From Eledone cirrhosa (Eukaryota), in the NCBI GenBank assembly GCA_964016885.1, contig OZ024740.1, positions 337,714,001 through 337,778,000 on the forward strand: a DNA stretch of 64,000 nucleotides, given 5' to 3'. Of the stretch, positions 63,280 to 64,000 are shown in pieces (position 1 is the stretch's first letter; every line of letters begins with the position of its first letter). The translations under genes were made by a program, and so were the position numbers. The notes beneath the pieces were generated by a model. The model did not search any database. It was not told where the DNA came from and was given only the letters and a program-made list of their open reading frames with translations.

Positions 63280-64000
63280 GATAGTGGTGGTTTGATGGTG
63301 GTAGTGTGATGGTGATGCTGTTGGCAGTGATGATGTTGTTAGCGATGATGTGATTGGTGTTGCTGGTAATGCTTTTGGATTTGATGCTATTCGTGCTGCT
63401 GTAGTTGAGCCCAAGGTCTATTTTCATTGAACAGATCTATGATCAAAGCTATTCTAACAGCCACCACACTGTCTTTCTCCTTTATGTGGGGAACTTAATT
63501 TCACATTTTCTAAGACAGGGGGGATTATATTGATACCCCCCCCCCCTTCTTCTTGGCTTCATTTCTCCCTCGTAGTATTGGTTGTAGTAATGGCAGTGGT
63601 GATGATGATGGGGTTGGTGAAATTGTTAGTGATGATGGTGATGGTAGTAGTGTTGGTAATTTTGATGTTAATGATTGTTGTGGCACTAAAGGTATTATGG
63701 TGTTGGCAGTGGCTGTGTTGCTGTTGGAGGTATGTGATGGTGTTGGTGTTAGTGTTAGTGCCAGTAATACTTATGTTGTTGGTGGTGGTTATGCTGGTGG
63801 TGGTGATAGGGGTGTAGGTATTGGTGGTGATGGTTGTGTTGGTTTTGTTGTTGGTTGTGGTGGTGTTGGTGATGGTAATGGTGTTGGCAGTGATTGTGTT
63901 GTAGTTATTGTTGTTGCTGAAGGTGGTGGTATTAGTATCAGTGTTGGTGGAGCTATTGGTAGTAGTAATGGTAATATTGAAGATAGTGGTGATTGTGATG
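63280..64000. repeat. Degenerate (GGT/GAT/GTT)n low-complexity tract
   Basis: Seen directly. Confidence 0.85.

Overview
AT-rich eukaryotic (animal) DNA made almost entirely of transposons and simple repeats; I cannot support any host protein-coding exon. The SINE, RTE and Penelope content plus abundant (TA)n/(CA)n suggests a coleoid cephalopod such as an octopus (inference only). The dominant structure is a 7.8-kb head-to-head palindrome (47924-55719) made of two almost identical Penelope-like element (PLE) copies. Each copy carries an open ~1100-aa RT + GIY-YIG ORF with an in-frame ~160-aa Asn-rich tract. This palindrome sits inside the 3' UTR of an older PLE that has its own inverted pseudo-LTR (pLTR). 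At least six PLE insertions have this fold-back design (a 5'-truncated main copy plus an inverted copy; in five the inverted copy lacks the terminal tail), and most carry minimal type I hammerhead ribozyme (HHR) motifs, on both strands. Also present: one intact RTE LINE with a PHD finger inside its RT region and a uORF whose stop overlaps the start codon; a second, decayed RTE copy nested in an older RTE; two tRNA-type SINE families, one sharing the RTE 3' end; TTAA MITEs; CR1, RLE-LINE and mariner remnants; a 32-bp minisatellite and a higher-order RY microsatellite. All calls come from reading the sequence by eye; no searches or folding programs were run, and the boundaries of decayed repeats are approximate.
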